From the NCBI GenBank assembly GCA_910586535.1, contig CAJUHS010000002.1, forward strand, positions 167,790-231,789: DNA of 64,000 bases. The letters are read 5' to 3'. This document shows positions 19,136-28,082 of this stretch, piece after piece. A program made the position numbers and the translations under genes. Within the stretch, counting starts at the first letter, position 1. Every line of letters begins with the position of its first letter. A model generated the notes under the pieces. It saw only the letters and a program-made list of their open reading frames with translations. It was not told the DNA's origin and made no database searches. The stretch is from an uncultured Oscillospiraceae bacterium. GTDB taxonomy: Bacteria > Bacillota > Clostridia > Oscillospirales > Ruminococcaceae.

Positions 19136-20157
19136 CTCTCCCGTTTATCGTCATTATCAAGCATTTCCAAGGTTTCGCTGATGCTTCCCAAAAGATTGTT
19201 TTTGATTTTTTTTCTGTGTTTTCCGTATCTGCGCTTTTTGAGCATATCCGCAAATGAAAGCGCGCGCCTGTCAAGTTCTATACCTATCGGTGACGACACT
19301 ATAGACGCGTAAACTATAGCGTTTTCCGTACCCGAATACTGGCAGAACATTATCATGCAAACGCTTACCGTAAGTCCGTACAAAAACCGGGAACTTGCAG
19401 TTTTCGGTATTACACTGTAGTCGCAGGAAAGAAATATCATGCCGAAAAGCGTCATTCCTCCCGCAAAAAAGTACAGGACAGACATCGGGTTGAAATTATA
19501 GCGTATGAACGCATACAGCCCCATGACCGCAAGCTCCGTAAAAAAAGCTATAGCGGAAATTGAACGGCGCATCATCAGAAATACTGCCGTCACAGCCAGC
19601 AGAACAATAAAGCCTGTCCCCATTGGGCCGGTAAATCTTCCAACAAGAACGTCTATAAGAGAAACCGACGACGTTCCGGTAAGAATAAAAGTTTTTGTCA
19701 TAGACTGGCTCAGAATATCCGACGGTACAACCGACGACATTGGTATATCGGTCAATATCCTCGGATATGTAAGCATATTCTCCGGAAAACAAAGGGAAGC
19801 AAACAGAAAGCCCACCGCAGCAGGATTAAATATTTCGCAGCCGTGACCTCCGAACGCGTGCTTGGCAGCCACAGCTGCAAAAATCGCAGCAGCAGCCGCT
19901 TCAAGATACGGTACAGATGCCGACATCATCAGTCCCAGCGTAAGACCGGTAATCAGCGCTGACAAATCCTTTCTGTCATGCTCTTTTTTCCTTAGCCTGA
20001 GACAAATAAGATCAGCCGCTACGCTTACAAGCACCGTTACTGCGATCACAACTACCGCTCTGAAACCATAATAGTACACCGATACTATAGCAGCTATCAG
20101 CAGTACGATAAGCATATCAGTCATTATATTAAATTCGGGTTTTCTTTTCAGCTCCAT
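19132..20157 (-). CDS. RnfD/NqrB-family membrane subunit. The C-terminal FMN-attachment motif was not seen.
   Basis: 341 aa; DLSALITG and HAFGGHGCEIFNPAAVGFLFASLCFP match the RnfD GGxGxNxFNPA signature. I could not find the SGAT-like flavinylation motif. Confidence 0.75.
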   Translation of the reverse strand: MELKRKPEFNIMTDMLIVLLIAAIVSVYYYGFRAVVVIAVTVLVSVAADLICLRLRKKEHDRKDLSALITGLTLGLMMSASVPYLEAAAAAIFAAVAAKHAFGGHGCEIFNPAAVGFLFASLCFPENMLTYPRILTDIPMSSVVPSDILSQSMTKTFILTGTSSVSLIDVLVGRFTGPMGTGFIVLLAVTAVFLMMRRSISAIAFFTELAVMGLYAFIRYNFNPMSVLYFFAGGMTLFGMIFLSCDYSVIPKTASSRFLYGLTVSVCMIMFCQYSGTENAIVYASIVSSPIGIELDRRALSFADMLKKRRYGKHRKKIKNNLLGSISETLEMLDNDDKRES

Positions 20158-20195
20158 AAAGTCAAGAAGCTCCTCGTTCGTAATTTTATGTAATT

Positions 20196-20837
20196 TCAGT
20201 ACAGCAGACTTTTTACAGCAGCCGCCATATCCAGAGCCTTAAACAGATACGAACCTGCGACAAGTATATCCGCGCCTGAATTTTTCACAAGCTCCGCAGT
20301 ACTTCCGTTTATCCCTCCGTCGACTTCTATGGGAACCGCCCTGCCGCCGATAAGCTTTCGGGCTTCCTCTATCTTCGCTGGCATATTTGGCATAAAGCCC
20401 TGCCCCCCGAAGCCCGGCTCTACCGTCATTACCAAAAGCATATCTATTACGTCGATATACTTTTCCGCCGCAGATACAGGAGTTTTCGGCTTTATTGCAA
20501 GTCCTGCCTTTTTCCCTAAAGAATGTATTTTCTCAATTGTTTCGGCAGTATCCGATCCGGACTCGAGATGAACTGTTATGATATCCGCACCTTTTTCGGC
20601 AAATCTTTCAACGTACCTTAATGGATCTGTTATCATAAGATGAACGTCCAGTCCGGCTTTTGCCGCGTCTGCAACCGCTTTCAGAACCGGCAGACCATAG
20701 CTTATATTTGGTACGAAAACGCCGTCCATAACATCAAAATGAATATAGCGGCAGCCCGCGTCCTCAGCTCTTTTTATCTCGCTTCCAAGGTTTAGAAAAT
20801 CGGCGCTTAAAATAGAAGCCGATACAATTTTTTCCAC
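20196..20837 (-). CDS. rpe: Ribulose-phosphate 3-epimerase (GTG start)
   Basis: …IVSASILSADFLNLG…HFDVMDG… signature; GGAGGG RBS 7 nt before the GTG at 20837. Confidence 0.9.
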   Translation of the reverse strand: MEKIVSASILSADFLNLGSEIKRAEDAGCRYIHFDVMDGVFVPNISYGLPVLKAVADAAKAGLDVHLMITDPLRYVERFAEKGADIITVHLESGSDTAETIEKIHSLGKKAGLAIKPKTPVSAAEKYIDVIDMLLVMTVEPGFGGQGFMPNMPAKIEEARKLIGGRAVPIEVDGGINGSTAELVKNSGADILVAGSYLFKALDMAAAVKSLLY

Positions 20838-21197
20838 AGGATGACCCTCCAAAATGAGCGTGTGTAATTGAAGTTCCCGAATCCCTGTCAAATTACATAC
20901 GAAAGGTTAAGAAACAACCGCGTATGACAAAACTTTTACGTAAATTTCGACAGTATACCAGTATAAAAACTACACCTCATTATATTATATTATATTTTCC
21001 GAAAAAAATCAAGGTCAAATGCCAAAAAATTGACATTTGACCAAAATCTATAATATACGGACACATCAAGGTACGCTTTTACGCCGAAGCTCCCCTACGG
21101 GTATGCGTCTGCTTCCGATTGGATACCGCGCATACCACTTCAGCCGCATAAACCGTTATTGCCCGTTAATTCAGTTTATGCGGTTTTGTAAAATCGG

Positions 21198-22349
21198 TTA
21201 ATCGTAGGCAAGCTTTCGCAGGTCTGTGTCCGATATAAATGACGAAGCATTATAAAGGAAAAGCACCTGATCGTAATCCTCGGGATTCAGAAGCTGCTTA
21301 TAGGATATCTGAATATATCTCAGGTCAATAAGCGTGATCTCCGAGTAGTGCTCGGTCAAAAACGGAGCGTAACAGTGCGCGTAGGAATCCTTTATAACCA
21401 GCAGCTTTCCGCCCTCGTTACCCGACTTTATTGTAACTATCGGCGCGTTTGTTCCAAGAAATGCAGCATATTTATCCTTTACGCTAAGATAATCACGGAA
21501 ATACATACTGTCATATAGCTGCGGCTCTTCTCCGTACATGGTTGTAACGGCTACCTCACGAACATTTTCTCCGGCAGTCGGGTGCCAGATATCAATGGTA
21601 TCATTTTCCACCTTATCATACAACGCTTTAGAATAAAACGTTCCCTGAAATTCGTCTGATGCGTGTTCTATATCGTATTTATCCTCGGACAGCGGAGTAT
21701 AGCCCATTTTCTTTCCTGCTGCAGCGTAAGCAAGGTATGCGCCGCGTGTCGTCCAGTGGTGATCGGTGCGATAATAGATATACTGATACTTATTTGACTC
21801 CATAACAGGATAAACATCAAGAGTGGTGATACCCTTGCCGAAGCTTCGGTAAACATAGTTTATAACGTCCCTTTGGTTAGGATTCGGAGCATTTTTGGAC
21901 AGCTCGTCGGCGTAAATTTCCGCAGACGTGGGTACTATCATAAAAAACACGGGAACGTCGTTTTCTGAAGCAAATTTATTTACCGCATTAACGCTTTTAT
22001 CAATGGAATTGTAATCTGGTTCGGCTATGTGTTCCACAAGACGGTTCTTTAAAATATAGATCCCATTGCGCTCACGCTTTCCCAAAGACGTTTCAAGCAC
22101 GGTCTTGGACCTTATCCAGCTTGTCCGCCCGACAAAATGGTCTGAAATATATGTCTCCAGATCGTTCATATATTTTCTGTTAAACACGGTTTTCGCAGAT
22201 ATGCTCGGCATTTTCTGCAAAGGCTTGTTCTCCATTTCGGAACGCTCCTTCTTCGGCAGTAAAGTCGTCGCCACGGGAAGCGTTATCAATAAGGAAAAAA
22301 ATACTACACAGTTTATTAAACTTGAAATATTAAGCTTAAGCTTTTTCAT
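21198..22349 (-). CDS. DHHW family protein (AlgX/AlgJ-like periplasmic O-acyltransferase partner)
   Basis: 383 aa, signal/anchor N-terminus, YYRTDHHWT motif that defines the DHHW family; directly downstream of the MBOAT gene. Confidence 0.75.
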   Translation of the reverse strand: MKKLKLNISSLINCVVFFSLLITLPVATTLLPKKERSEMENKPLQKMPSISAKTVFNRKYMNDLETYISDHFVGRTSWIRSKTVLETSLGKRERNGIYILKNRLVEHIAEPDYNSIDKSVNAVNKFASENDVPVFFMIVPTSAEIYADELSKNAPNPNQRDVINYVYRSFGKGITTLDVYPVMESNKYQYIYYRTDHHWTTRGAYLAYAAAGKKMGYTPLSEDKYDIEHASDEFQGTFYSKALYDKVENDTIDIWHPTAGENVREVAVTTMYGEEPQLYDSMYFRDYLSVKDKYAAFLGTNAPIVTIKSGNEGGKLLVIKDSYAHCYAPFLTEHYSEITLIDLRYIQISYKQLLNPEDYDQVLFLYNASSFISDTDLRKLAYD

Positions 22350-22373
22350 CGGTTTATCCTTTCTGTCCGTACA

Positions 22374-23873
22374 TTAAAATCTGAAGTACAGGAACGGATT
22401 ATAGGTGGCGTCCACAAGGTAAGAGGTACACAAAAGCAACACGGCTGCCGTCACTGCGGGAGTTACGCCAGCATAAAGCTTGCCTTTTTTCTTTTTGAAA
22501 GCCGCCGCAAGCTTTCCGAACAGGTCGGTGGAAGCAAATATGCACAGCAGGAAAATAACAATATTTGAAGCCATATAGTACGCTGCCGTACTGTCCCCAA
22601 GACCGTTTCCGCCGAACATTGCTTTAAAGAACTGTCCTGCATCGGAAAGAGTGTTCGTATCGAAAAGCACCCAGCCAAACACAACAATAAGAAATGTGTA
22701 AAGTCCGCTGACAACTGAGGGAAGCTTTTTAAGCACGTTTCCCCAGCCGAGGCGCTCAATAACGATAAGCACACCGAAATAGAGCCCCCACAGGATAAAG
22801 TTCCAGCTTGCACCGTGCCACAGACCAGTAAGTCCCCACACGATAAGAAGATTGCGGATAGTTTTGCCATGACCCTTTCTATTGCCGCCCAATGGAATGT
22901 AGACGTACTCCCTGAACCATGTGCCCAGCGTAATATGCCATCTGCGCCAGAACTCGCTTACACTACGGGACAGATACGGGTGATCGAAGTTTTTAGGAAA
23001 ATTGAAACCGAGCATTTTACCCAGTCCAACCGCCATGTCGGAGTACCCCGAAAAGTCAAAATATATCTGGAAAGTAAATGCCAGTATGCCTATCCAAGCG
23101 GTCGCCGCGCTTATTTCCCTATAATCCATGGCTTTTATCTGAGTCCAGATAATGCCGATATTGTTGGCAAGAAGTACCTTTTTTGCAAGTCCCTTGACAA
23201 AAAAACAAATGCCCTCGCTTATTTTGTTAATGTTTACAGTCCGCTCGTCAAGCTCGGCGGCAACGTCCTCATAGCGGACGATAGGTCCCGCAACTATCTG
23301 GGGAAAAAGCGTTACATACGAAGTAAAGCCTATAAAGCTTTTCTGCACCTTGATATTACGCAGGTACAGGTCTATCGTATAGGACATTGACTGAAAGGTA
23401 TAAAACGATATGCCGATAGGCAAAGCCACGCGGCTTTCACTCAGACCGAAATTGTACACATCGTTTATTGCACGGTTTGCAAGTATCACGGGATTGGTTA
23501 TATCAGAGCGGAAAATGACGTTCACAGTGTCTATAATAAAGTCGCTGTACTTAAATACCGCCAGCAGACCAACGTTCATGCATACTGACACAATAAGGCA
23601 AAGTCTGCGCTTGGCGGGACTGTCGTCATATTTTGCCATAAACCGTCCAGCGGTATAGTCTATCAGCGTGGAGAACAGCATTAAAATCACATAAAAGGGT
23701 TCTCCCCAGGCGTAAAAGAAAAATCCCGACAAAAGTATCAGAAGATTTCTGGCGGGAATAACCAAATGCCTGTCACCGCCCAGCGGAACGGTTATCCTGT
23801 TTGGCAGAAAAATATACACTATCAATACCACAGGCAAAAAATAATATAAAAATGTAAGACTTGAAAATACCAT
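22374..23873 (-). CDS. MBOAT family membrane-bound O-acyltransferase (AlgI/DltB/PatA-like)
   Basis: 499 aa polytopic; conserved FWRRWHITLGTWFREYVYIPLGG His-containing MBOAT motif. Confidence 0.85.
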   Translation of the reverse strand: MVFSSLTFLYYFLPVVLIVYIFLPNRITVPLGGDRHLVIPARNLLILLSGFFFYAWGEPFYVILMLFSTLIDYTAGRFMAKYDDSPAKRRLCLIVSVCMNVGLLAVFKYSDFIIDTVNVIFRSDITNPVILANRAINDVYNFGLSESRVALPIGISFYTFQSMSYTIDLYLRNIKVQKSFIGFTSYVTLFPQIVAGPIVRYEDVAAELDERTVNINKISEGICFFVKGLAKKVLLANNIGIIWTQIKAMDYREISAATAWIGILAFTFQIYFDFSGYSDMAVGLGKMLGFNFPKNFDHPYLSRSVSEFWRRWHITLGTWFREYVYIPLGGNRKGHGKTIRNLLIVWGLTGLWHGASWNFILWGLYFGVLIVIERLGWGNVLKKLPSVVSGLYTFLIVVFGWVLFDTNTLSDAGQFFKAMFGGNGLGDSTAAYYMASNIVIFLLCIFASTDLFGKLAAAFKKKKGKLYAGVTPAVTAAVLLLCTSYLVDATYNPFLYFRF

Positions 23874-23875
23874 TT

Positions 23876-24484
23876 TTAGGAATGCTCCTCCCTGCTGTTT
23901 ATTTTTTCGGCAAGCTTAAAAAACTCCTGCCTGCCCATCATTGTATTAAGTATAGAAACCATCCCCGAAGCTGTCAGAAGCTCCGGAAGCTTCAGTTCCG
24001 CAAGAAACTTTTTTCTCATTTCCGAGGAATTTTTCCCGCCGCTCAGACCGCATTCATACAAATCGAGCTTGGTTATCGGTTCACATACGGACTGTTCACC
24101 GTTCTCCTCGGCAATAACCCCGGCCTTTCGGAAAGCTTCAAGAAGCACAGCTTTTTCCATACCCTCAACGCCAAGCTTTCCCTCTTTTGAGGGAACGGTC
24201 TTGCGCTTTTCCTTTCCAAAAATATCGGGAACGTAGACGTTCAGTATCTCTCCATTTCCGACTGCGCCTTTGAGAAAAGACCGTATTTTAAAGCCCGCAG
24301 CATCCGAATCGGTAAGAATTATTATTCCCGAAGTTTCCGCAAAATATCTTATAAGTTCAAGAGTTTCTCTGTTTTTGAACACATTGAAGCCGTTTGTGGG
24401 TATTATCACTCCGTCTATCACCGATGAAAGCTTTATTTTGTCGTACTTACCTTCGACTATAACCGCTTGTTTTACGCAAAGCAT
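23876..24484 (-). CDS. Toprim-domain protein, RNase M5-like (DUF4093)
   Basis: 202 aa; AVIVEGKYD…TNG…IILTDSDAAG pattern equals the Toprim core of RNase M5. Confidence 0.6.
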   Translation of the reverse strand: MLCVKQAVIVEGKYDKIKLSSVIDGVIIPTNGFNVFKNRETLELIRYFAETSGIIILTDSDAAGFKIRSFLKGAVGNGEILNVYVPDIFGKEKRKTVPSKEGKLGVEGMEKAVLLEAFRKAGVIAEENGEQSVCEPITKLDLYECGLSGGKNSSEMRKKFLAELKLPELLTASGMVSILNTMMGRQEFFKLAEKINSREEHS

Positions 24485-24506
24485 ATTTGTCTTTACACGC
24501 CTTTCC

Positions 24507-25556
24507 TTAGTTCCTGAATTTCAGCATTCTGACTATTGCTTCCTCAAGCAGTATCATCGGGTCAGTTTTCATGGACTTCATGGCGATATCGGTTTCCGCA
24601 AGGACTCTTACGCACATTCTCAAGTGCGGCATGGATAGCTTCTGAACGTCCCGAAAAGCGTTGTCCACACGGAATCCCATATTTTTCGGATAGCCGAAAT
24701 CCTCCTTAACGTCAGCGGCAGTCTTACGACAGGATATCGCCGCTCTTGCACGGTAAAGGTCAAGCATATTTCCGGTTATGGAATATAAAATAATTATTGA
24801 CTCCGTTTTTTCCTGAGCAAGGTCGCCGAACAAACGCATTGCGGCTTTAGCGTCCATGCGGGTTATGGCGCGGGCAAGATCGAACGTTGTGGTCTCTATC
24901 TGCCTTGGGGACAGCGCCTTTATCATATCAACAGTTATCTCATTTCCCGATGCATATGCGGTGAGCTTTTCTATCTCGTTTTCGATCATCAGAGTATTGC
25001 AGGAGCACTGCTCCGCCAGAAAAGCAGCTGCGTCACGGGAAATACCGCAGCCCTCCTTGGAAACTCCCGCCATTATCTCCTTAGTGAGAACGGCAGGGGT
25101 TTTCAAAGCAAAGTTGCAGACTCCCCCGTTTTTTCCCGCAGCGTCCATAAGCTTTTTATTTTTTGCCGTGGGAAACTTTTTTCCGTCTGTAACATCTACC
25201 GAAGTGTAGTAAAATATCAGAACTGTGGTTTCGGGAAGATCGGCTGTTATATCTGTAATACGCTTCAGAATATCTGCGGACAGTCCCTCCGCGTTCATGT
25301 CGCAGACCGTACAGCATACGTATTCCGCAAAAACAGGAAGAGCCTCACAGGCGTCGGAAAATTCGTCGATATCAAAATTTTTTCCGTCAAAAGCATGAAG
25401 ATTGTAGGTCTCTTCCTCTTTTTTGACAGCTTTTGAAACTATAGCCTTGGTATACTTTTCCACTGCGGCAATGTCCCTGCCGTAAAAATAATATACTTTC
25501 GCAAAGCTTTTATTTTTTATTGCAAGCTTAAGATCGCTTTCCGTTACAACAGCCAT
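24507..25556 (-). CDS. holA: DNA polymerase III delta subunit
   Basis: 349 aa, …VYYFYG…LPVFAEYV…; HolA length and layout; conserved position next to comEC. Confidence 0.85.
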   Translation of the reverse strand: MAVVTESDLKLAIKNKSFAKVYYFYGRDIAAVEKYTKAIVSKAVKKEEETYNLHAFDGKNFDIDEFSDACEALPVFAEYVCCTVCDMNAEGLSADILKRITDITADLPETTVLIFYYTSVDVTDGKKFPTAKNKKLMDAAGKNGGVCNFALKTPAVLTKEIMAGVSKEGCGISRDAAAFLAEQCSCNTLMIENEIEKLTAYASGNEITVDMIKALSPRQIETTTFDLARAITRMDAKAAMRLFGDLAQEKTESIIILYSITGNMLDLYRARAAISCRKTAADVKEDFGYPKNMGFRVDNAFRDVQKLSMPHLRMCVRVLAETDIAMKSMKTDPMILLEEAIVRMLKFRN

Positions 25557-25569
25557 ACCGCAGCTCCTT

Positions 25570-27690
25570 TCACTTTATTTCCTCGGAATATACAGCTCCA
25601 TCCGAATCTATGATAAATTTTACATTTTTTCCAATATAGACTTTTGTGTCGCTTTTGGCAGTAACCTCTGCATTTTCGTCCATTGCGGCTATAACTTCCG
25701 CGTCAGCGTCGGCTTCTGCAGATTTTCCGCTGTATCGTACTGCCGCGCTGTAAGCAATATCCGGAACGGTATCAGTATTTGAACCGTACATTATTATGTT
25801 CTCTCCGTAACAATTTACTGCTACCACACCGTTTTGAAAAAAATTAATACTGCATTCTCCTATCTCAACGCAACCGCCGTCTTTTGAATAGCTCTCAGTA
25901 TGAAATGAAGAATACCCGTCCGCCAAATACATATCTTCATCGGGAACAAGAACGGTATCCGTATCAAAAAGCTCCAGACTGTTTGAATACACAGGCAGAG
26001 ACGTATTTACATCTGCATTTAAAATAACCGCTTCAAGGTGATATATCCCGTTTCTGTTAAGATATTTCACGACCGAACCGGAAGCTTCTCCTCCCTTTTT
26101 AAGGTCTACCACGCAAGCTGAACGCTTGCCGTGTATCACCGCGGTAACAGCGCTTCCCTCTCTAAACACGGCAACAGTTATGTTTCCGTTTGGTGCGTAC
26201 TTATACGCACAGGAAAGTATCATTGCCAGCACAAGCGAAGCAGAGGAAAGAAATATCCCGCGCTTTCTTTTTCCGAATACCAAAAGAAGCAGTACAGCGG
26301 ATACAACGGCAATAATATTAACGGTAAGCACAAAATCGCTTCCGAGCGGTATATAGGAGAATCTCAGCTGCCCGATAAATTCGGAAATAATCATTACCGT
26401 ACGGCAGCATAATTCACAAATTTTAAGCACAGGAACTGCAGTAAACTCAAGACCTCCCGTAAGCATAACCACAACTCCGCCAACAAGAATTACCGTGCAT
26501 ATTGGAAGAAGTATTAGATTGGATATCGGAGAGACAGCTGAAACTTCGTCGAAAAACAGCAGCGTAACAGGAAAAACTATTACCATAACGCATACCGAAG
26601 CAATGAACGGCTTTGCAATGCCGCCAAGCTTTCGCTTCTTTTCAATTTCCGCAGTAATAACCGGCGCGGCAACTCCTATGCCAAAAACTCCTGCAACAGA
26701 CAAAAGGAACGAAGCATCCCGAACTGCAAAGGGCGATGCGGCAGTCAGCAAAATGACCGCGATACCGAGCGAATTAAAGGTATCGGCACACCTCCTGAAA
26801 AGCCCTGCCCCGTAAACAAGAGCAATCATAATTGCCGCGCGTATTACAGAATTTGACATTCCTGCAAGCATAACAAAGCATACCACGGGTACCATAAGAA
26901 GTCCGAACCGAAAATATCTGCTGATCGGAAGACGAGATATCACAAGCCAGAAAAACGAGCATACCACCGACAGGTGAACGCCCGATACAGCCATGATATG
27001 ACCTATTCCCGCTCGGTACATAAGAATCTTTTCGCTGCTGTCTATAGCGGACTTATCTCCGAAAAGCATTGCAGACATCACCGCAGCGCAGTCACCGTCC
27101 ATTTTGTCGTTAATAACATCCAAAATATGCAGACGATAGCTGTCGATCAGCCGCTTAAACGAAAATTTCGTATGAGTGAAGTTAAAATGGGACACCTTGT
27201 CTATCCGCAGATAGATACCCTTCGCCTTATAGTAGGACTTCGCTGGAAATTTATAGCTGTCTTTTAATTCGGCGGCTTTTCCGATTACTCTTACTTCGTC
27301 GCCTATCTCAGCGTTGGAGCTGTCAGTGAAAAACGAAACCTCAGCTGCCGCGTCCCCGTTTATAATTCCTTTTACGGTATAAAGCGTTTTATCACCGCTG
27401 TACTCGCTGCAGTCCAGTACTTTTCCAACGACCTCAACGTCGCAGCCGTTGTACTTGATAATATTATCATACACCAATACATCGTACGCACTGTAAAGAA
27501 ACATTCCTGCCGCTGCACTGAAAAAACAGACAGCGATTTTTATATATTTTCCCTTGTAAACAGCAATGGCAGAAACCGCGGTTAACACAAATACCGCGGC
27601 AGCCGCCAAGTTAAACCCGCGGCTGAGAAAGGACGCAGAAAACAGACCGGCAAGATAAAACGTACCAATATAAGCCATTTTACGCTTCAT
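25570..27690 (-). CDS. comEC: ComEC/Rec2 family DNA internalization protein. The C-terminal metallo-beta-lactamase motif appears degenerate.
   Basis: 706 aa; N-terminal DUF4131-like TM region, central competence channel domain, C-terminal region where the THPHADH motif is replaced by ...AVILNADVNTS. Confidence 0.8.
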   Translation of the reverse strand: MKRKMAYIGTFYLAGLFSASFLSRGFNLAAAAVFVLTAVSAIAVYKGKYIKIAVCFFSAAAGMFLYSAYDVLVYDNIIKYNGCDVEVVGKVLDCSEYSGDKTLYTVKGIINGDAAAEVSFFTDSSNAEIGDEVRVIGKAAELKDSYKFPAKSYYKAKGIYLRIDKVSHFNFTHTKFSFKRLIDSYRLHILDVINDKMDGDCAAVMSAMLFGDKSAIDSSEKILMYRAGIGHIMAVSGVHLSVVCSFFWLVISRLPISRYFRFGLLMVPVVCFVMLAGMSNSVIRAAIMIALVYGAGLFRRCADTFNSLGIAVILLTAASPFAVRDASFLLSVAGVFGIGVAAPVITAEIEKKRKLGGIAKPFIASVCVMVIVFPVTLLFFDEVSAVSPISNLILLPICTVILVGGVVVMLTGGLEFTAVPVLKICELCCRTVMIISEFIGQLRFSYIPLGSDFVLTVNIIAVVSAVLLLLVFGKRKRGIFLSSASLVLAMILSCAYKYAPNGNITVAVFREGSAVTAVIHGKRSACVVDLKKGGEASGSVVKYLNRNGIYHLEAVILNADVNTSLPVYSNSLELFDTDTVLVPDEDMYLADGYSSFHTESYSKDGGCVEIGECSINFFQNGVVAVNCYGENIIMYGSNTDTVPDIAYSAAVRYSGKSAEADADAEVIAAMDENAEVTAKSDTKVYIGKNVKFIIDSDGAVYSEEIK

Positions 27691-27719
27691 CAGAGGTCAG
27701 TCCTTTCAGTCAGCCAAAA

Positions 27720-28064
27720 TTATCCCATTGTAACGTCAAGCTTTCTGCCGCCCAGAATGTGAAAATGCAAATGCTTAACGCTTTGACAGCCATTTTCACC
27801 GCAATTCGTAACAATTCGGAAACCATCTTCGGCAATTCCCTGTTCTTTTGCGATCTTTGCCGCCGCTTCAAATATTTTGGACACAACTGCTGAATTTTCC
27901 GAAGTTATCTCGTTTGCTCCCGAAATATGATTTTTCGGAACGACAAGAATGTGCACCGGAGCAAGAGGATTGATGTCCTTGAAAGCGTAGACATACTCGT
28001 CCTCGTATACTTTAGTACTCGGGATCTCTCTCGCGATTATTTTACAAAAAAGACAATCTTCCAT
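27720..28064 (-). CDS. HIT family (histidine triad) protein
   Basis: 114 aa; HLHFHILGG histidine triad. Confidence 0.85.
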   Translation of the reverse strand: MEDCLFCKIIAREIPSTKVYEDEYVYAFKDINPLAPVHILVVPKNHISGANEITSENSAVVSKIFEAAAKIAKEQGIAEDGFRIVTNCGENGCQSVKHLHFHILGGRKLDVTMG

Positions 28065-28082
28065 TGCGGTTCTCCTTACTTA

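Noticed and set aside
22815-23390. 191-aa plus-strand ORF
   Set aside because: Antisense to the MBOAT gene.
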